Program-made: the position numbers and the translations under genes
Shown here: piece by piece, positions 41,962 through 44,710 of the stretch
Numbering within the stretch: the stretch's first letter is position 1
Layout: each line of letters starts with the position of its first letter
The notes under the pieces: model-generated
Databases searched by the model: none
What the model saw: the letters and a program-made list of their open reading frames with translations, nothing else
Told to the model about the DNA's origin: nothing
Assembly: GCA_043780395.1 (NCBI GenBank)
Contig: JAYWCR010000025.1
Span: forward strand, 1-44,710
Direction: 5' to 3'
Length of the DNA: 44,710 bases
Origin: Sphingobacteriales bacterium
GTDB taxonomy: Bacteria; Bacteroidota; Bacteroidia; Sphingobacteriales; Sphingobacteriaceae

Positions 41962-43184
41962 TGGAATTGATCGGTCCCTTCAGCCAGCTTATAGGCCTGG
42001 CTGGCCTGGCTATAAAAGGTGCGCTGAAGAATGAAGAACTTGAAATAATACCTCATGCAGGGCTGCTTGTTTCTGAAGGAATTATTCTGGATACGGGTAA
42101 TTTTGAGGATCTATGGCGCCTGCATAAAGAAGTTAACGTTCAGGAAATTACAGGAAACCATGTGCTTCTTCCTGGTTTTACAGATGCCCATACACACCTG
42201 ATCTATGCAGGTTCCAGGGCTGCTGATTATGCATTGCGCTCATCAGGAGTATCGTATCCTGAAATTGCTGCAGGCGGAGGAGGTATCTGGACTACGGTGC
42301 AGGCATCAAGGAATGCTGCGGATGCTGCACTGAAGGAAGGGCTTTTGCACCGGCTGAACATTCAGCTGGAAGGTGGAATAACAACTACAGAAATTAAAAC
42401 GGGCTACGGCCTTTCCGTTGGCCAGGAACTGCGGATGCTGGAGCTGATCGGGCAGACCGCTGGCGATACGCCTCTTGATCTTGTGCCTACCTGTCTTGCG
42501 GCCCATATGAAGCCGCATGATTTTGATGGAGGGGCAAAGGCCTGGCTTGAATACCTGGCCAGGGAATTATTGCCGGTAATCTGCCAGAGGAATCTTTGTA
42601 AAAGGATAGATATTTTTGTTGAAAAAGGTGCCTTTTCAGTAAAGGAAGCCCGTTTCTACCTTCTTCAGGCCGCCCGAATGGGATTCGACCTTGTCATTCA
42701 TGCCGATCAGTTCAGCTGCGGGGGAGCGGCTCTTGCTGCAGCGCTTAAGGCCCGTTCAGCAGACCATCTGGAGGCTATTGGGGCCACCCAGATCAGGGCT
42801 CTTGCAGCTTCAGATACGGCAGCCATTGTTTTGCCTGGTGCTTCTCTTGGTCTGGGAATGCCTTTTGCACCCGCCCGTGCTTTGCTCGATGCGGGTGCCA
42901 GCCTTGTCATCGCCAGTGACTGGAACCCGGGGTCAGCCCCTATGGGCAATCTTTTGATCCAGGCCTCCGTGCTGGGTGCTGCCCAGAAGCTTAATGCTGC
43001 AGAAATCTATGCAGCCCTGACCTACAGGGCATCAGCATCCCTGGGTCTTTACGACAGGGGGCAGATCAGACCGGGGCAGATGGCCGATTTGCAGGCTTTT
43101 CCAGTTGCTGATCACCGTGAGATCTTTTATCATCAGGGAATACTTAAATCAGATCTGCGCTGGAAAAGGGGCAGGTCTGTATAA
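41952..43184 (+). CDS. hutI: Imidazolonepropionase
   Basis: '[10 protein letters not shown]', 'GGGI..TV', 'EIKTGYGL', 'HADQF' and 'ASDWNPGS', characteristic of amidohydrolase HutI. Confidence 0.9.
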   Translation: MAIMELIGPFSQLIGLAGLAIKGALKNEELEIIPHAGLLVSEGIILDTGNFEDLWRLHKEVNVQEITGNHVLLPGFTDAHTHLIYAGSRAADYALRSSGVSYPEIAAGGGGIWTTVQASRNAADAALKEGLLHRLNIQLEGGITTTEIKTGYGLSVGQELRMLELIGQTAGDTPLDLVPTCLAAHMKPHDFDGGAKAWLEYLARELLPVICQRNLCKRIDIFVEKGAFSVKEARFYLLQAARMGFDLVIHADQFSCGGAALAAALKARSADHLEAIGATQIRALAASDTAAIVLPGASLGLGMPFAPARALLDAGASLVIASDWNPGSAPMGNLLIQASVLGAAQKLNAAEIYAALTYRASASLGLYDRGQIRPGQMADLQAFPVADHREIFYHQGILKSDLRWKRGRSV

Positions 43185-43193
43185 TATCATATT

Positions 43194-44195
43194 ATGCAAT
43201 ACGTACAGGGAACCTATATACCCGCAGATAAAGACGATTGGAACGGGCGCATAGACGCAGAAGACTCCGGCTCGTTGCGCTGGCACCAACAAATACACTG
43301 TATTGATCTGGAGCGTGCAAAACTGCCTCCTTTGAAACCCGGAGGCAGGGGAATTGCCATTCTGGGCTTTGCTTGTGACGAAGGGGTTCTCCGCAATCTT
43401 GGCCGCCCCGGTGCCGCTAAGGGGCCGGCAATGCTTAGAAAAGCTTGTGCCAGCCTTCCTGTACATTTCCCTGATACCCTGACCCTGGTAGATGCCGGTA
43501 CGATCTGCTGCAAGAACGGTGCCCTGGAACTTGCTCAGGCATGCCTCTCAGTAACTGTAAGCGATATTCTAGGGCAGGGATACCTGCCTATGGTCTGGGG
43601 AGGGGGGCATGAGCTTATGTACGGGCATTTTACAGGGATCAGAAACTTCTACAGGCAATCTGGCAGTGCAGCAATCGGAATTATAAATTTTGATGCCCAT
43701 TTTGATCTTCGCAGTCAGGGACCTGGAGGCGCAAATTCTGGAACAGGCTTCTTTCAGGCTGCTGTGGATTGCCGGAATGAAGGGGTGGAATTTATTTACC
43801 TCGCCCTGGGAATCCAGCAAAACAGCAATACACGCAGTCTTTTTACAAGGGCCGATGAACTTGATGTCAGGTATATTGAAGGAAAGGAATTTCTTGCCGG
43901 GAACAGCAGACTTATTCAGGAGTCAGTACAGGATATACTTTGGAGATCTGAAGGAATTTACCTGACCCTTTGTATGGATGTTTTTGCAGCCGCTTTCGCA
44001 CCCGGGGTTAGCGCTCAGGCAAAGAGTGGAATTTTTCCTGATGGTCTTTTCTGGAACACGCTGAAAATGATCCTTTGCAGCGGTAAGGTCAGGGGAGTAG
44101 ATATTGCGGAACTTAATCCTTCACTGGACCCTGAGATGAAAACAAGCGGCCTGGCAGCAGCCCTGAGTTTTGAAATTGTAGAGAGTCTTAAATAG
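43194..44195 (+). CDS. hutG: Formimidoylglutamase (arginase family)
   Basis: 'GGGHE', 'INFDAHFDLR' and 'LCMDVFAAAFAPGVSA' Mn-binding motifs. Last gene of the hut operon. Confidence 0.85.
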   Translation: MQYVQGTYIPADKDDWNGRIDAEDSGSLRWHQQIHCIDLERAKLPPLKPGGRGIAILGFACDEGVLRNLGRPGAAKGPAMLRKACASLPVHFPDTLTLVDAGTICCKNGALELAQACLSVTVSDILGQGYLPMVWGGGHELMYGHFTGIRNFYRQSGSAAIGIINFDAHFDLRSQGPGGANSGTGFFQAAVDCRNEGVEFIYLALGIQQNSNTRSLFTRADELDVRYIEGKEFLAGNSRLIQESVQDILWRSEGIYLTLCMDVFAAAFAPGVSAQAKSGIFPDGLFWNTLKMILCSGKVRGVDIAELNPSLDPEMKTSGLAAALSFEIVESLK

Positions 44196-44196
44196 A

Positions 44197-44226
44197 ACAG
44201 GGTGCAGGTTAAGTTCTGCACCCTGT
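44197..44226. terminator. Hairpin between the convergent hutG and DUF892 genes
   Basis: Perfect 10-bp stem cagggtgcag / ctgcaccctg with an 8-nt loop. The U-tail is weak. Confidence 0.5.
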
Positions 44227-44236
44227 GATGCTTTAA

Positions 44237-44710
44237 TTATTTAGCTGTGGCAGCTTTTGGATTCACTTCATTCACAGCTACCTGACTTAACAGGGCATCT
44301 GCTTTCTTTTCTTCTTCAAGTGTCTGACTGAGCATGGCATTCACTCTTTTATCTTCGAGATGTGTTGACATGGCAGCAAGGCCTCCGTAAGTAGCAATTT
44401 CATAATGTTCGATCTTCTGACCAGCAAAAATAATGGCTGCATCGATGACAGCAGCATCCATATTTTTAGTCTCGTCCATAATCTCTTCAGCCTCTTTCAG
44501 CAATCCTTTCATAGCCTCACATACCTTTGCCTTGGCTGGCTCACCAAGGGAGGTAAAGATTTGCTCAAGACGCTGAACATGGGTTTCAGTTTCTTTAAGG
44601 TGTTTTTCGATACCGGCTTTGAGGGTTGAGGAGCTGGCTCCCTTAATCATTTTAGGAAGGGCTTTAACAAGGTGACTTTCGGCCCAGTAAATATCCTGAA
44701 GCCCATCAAT
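44237..44710 (-). CDS. DUF892/YciE-like ferritin-like stress protein; the 5' end lies beyond the right edge
   Basis: The reading frame stays open upstream of the track's Met. The minus strand reads IDGLQDIYWAESHLVKALPKMIKGASSS..., matching the DUF892 'L.D.Y.AE......LPKM' N-terminal block. 'HYEIATYG' is also typical. Confidence 0.7.
   Translation of the reverse strand: MDGLQDIYWAESHLVKALPKMIKGASSSTLKAGIEKHLKETETHVQRLEQIFTSLGEPAKAKVCEAMKGLLKEAEEIMDETKNMDAAVIDAAIIFAGQKIEHYEIATYGGLAAMSTHLEDKRVNAMLSQTLEEEKKADALLSQVAVNEVNPKAATAK

Noticed and set aside
1-44710. I looked for CRISPR arrays, IS elements or transposases, integrases, prophage genes, toxin-antitoxin pairs and known defence-system hallmarks.
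   Set aside because: None were found. There are no spaced direct-repeat arrays, no DDE or tyrosine/serine recombinase motifs, and no nuclease/ATPase/methylase clusters. The window reads as core chromosome with a few accessory-looking genes.

Overview
This 44.7-kb window looks like ordinary chromosome from a member of the Bacteroidota. Supporting signs are a T9SS type-B C-terminal sorting domain, TAnnTTTG-type -7 promoter boxes in front of tRNA genes, L31 type B, and tightly packed genes without obvious Shine-Dalgarno sites. I saw no transposase, integrase, CRISPR array or rRNA. Left to right, the window contains:
- the edge of an exopolysaccharide locus (Wza-like fragment, glycosyltransferase, WbaP-like priming transferase);
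- a housekeeping block (rpmE2, a GlmU-like left-handed-helix protein, tpiA-prmA-mpl, ftsK-lolA-like, an MBL hydrolase);
- a minus-strand run holding a stand-alone response regulator and a tightly coupled eight-gene fatty-acid/polyketide-like operon (FabG-like KR, hotdog dehydratase, ACP, KS, FabI-like ER, AcpS-type PPTase, alpha/beta hydrolase, PlsC-type acyltransferase), preceded by a periplasmic trehalase and an SRAP/YedK peptidase;
- a seven-blade beta-propeller T9SS cargo gene bracketed by two tRNA-Leu genes;
- a DUF2147 gene plus an unknown secreted protein;
- a tandemly duplicated two-gene ferritin-like module (four genes), next to a secreted glutathione peroxidase and an aldehyde dehydrogenase;
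- rmuC, a DUF72 gene, tRNA-Lys, a GNAT acetyltransferase, and a GH78-like glycosidase with a duplicated signal-peptide segment;
- an XRE-HTH/S24 LexA-like repressor, a membrane protein, slyD, and an orphan Tat-signal gluconate-2-dehydrogenase-subunit-3-like gene;
- a compact hutHUIG operon and a partial DUF892/YciE gene.

Two candidates stand out for a second look. The first is the self-contained ACP-dependent lipid/polyketide-like operon at 12207-17804. The second is the duplicated ferritin-like module at 24403-27504, whose second copy has lost predicted metal ligands, the twin-arginine motif and a signal peptide. All functional calls come from motif recognition in the supplied translations; no database search was possible.
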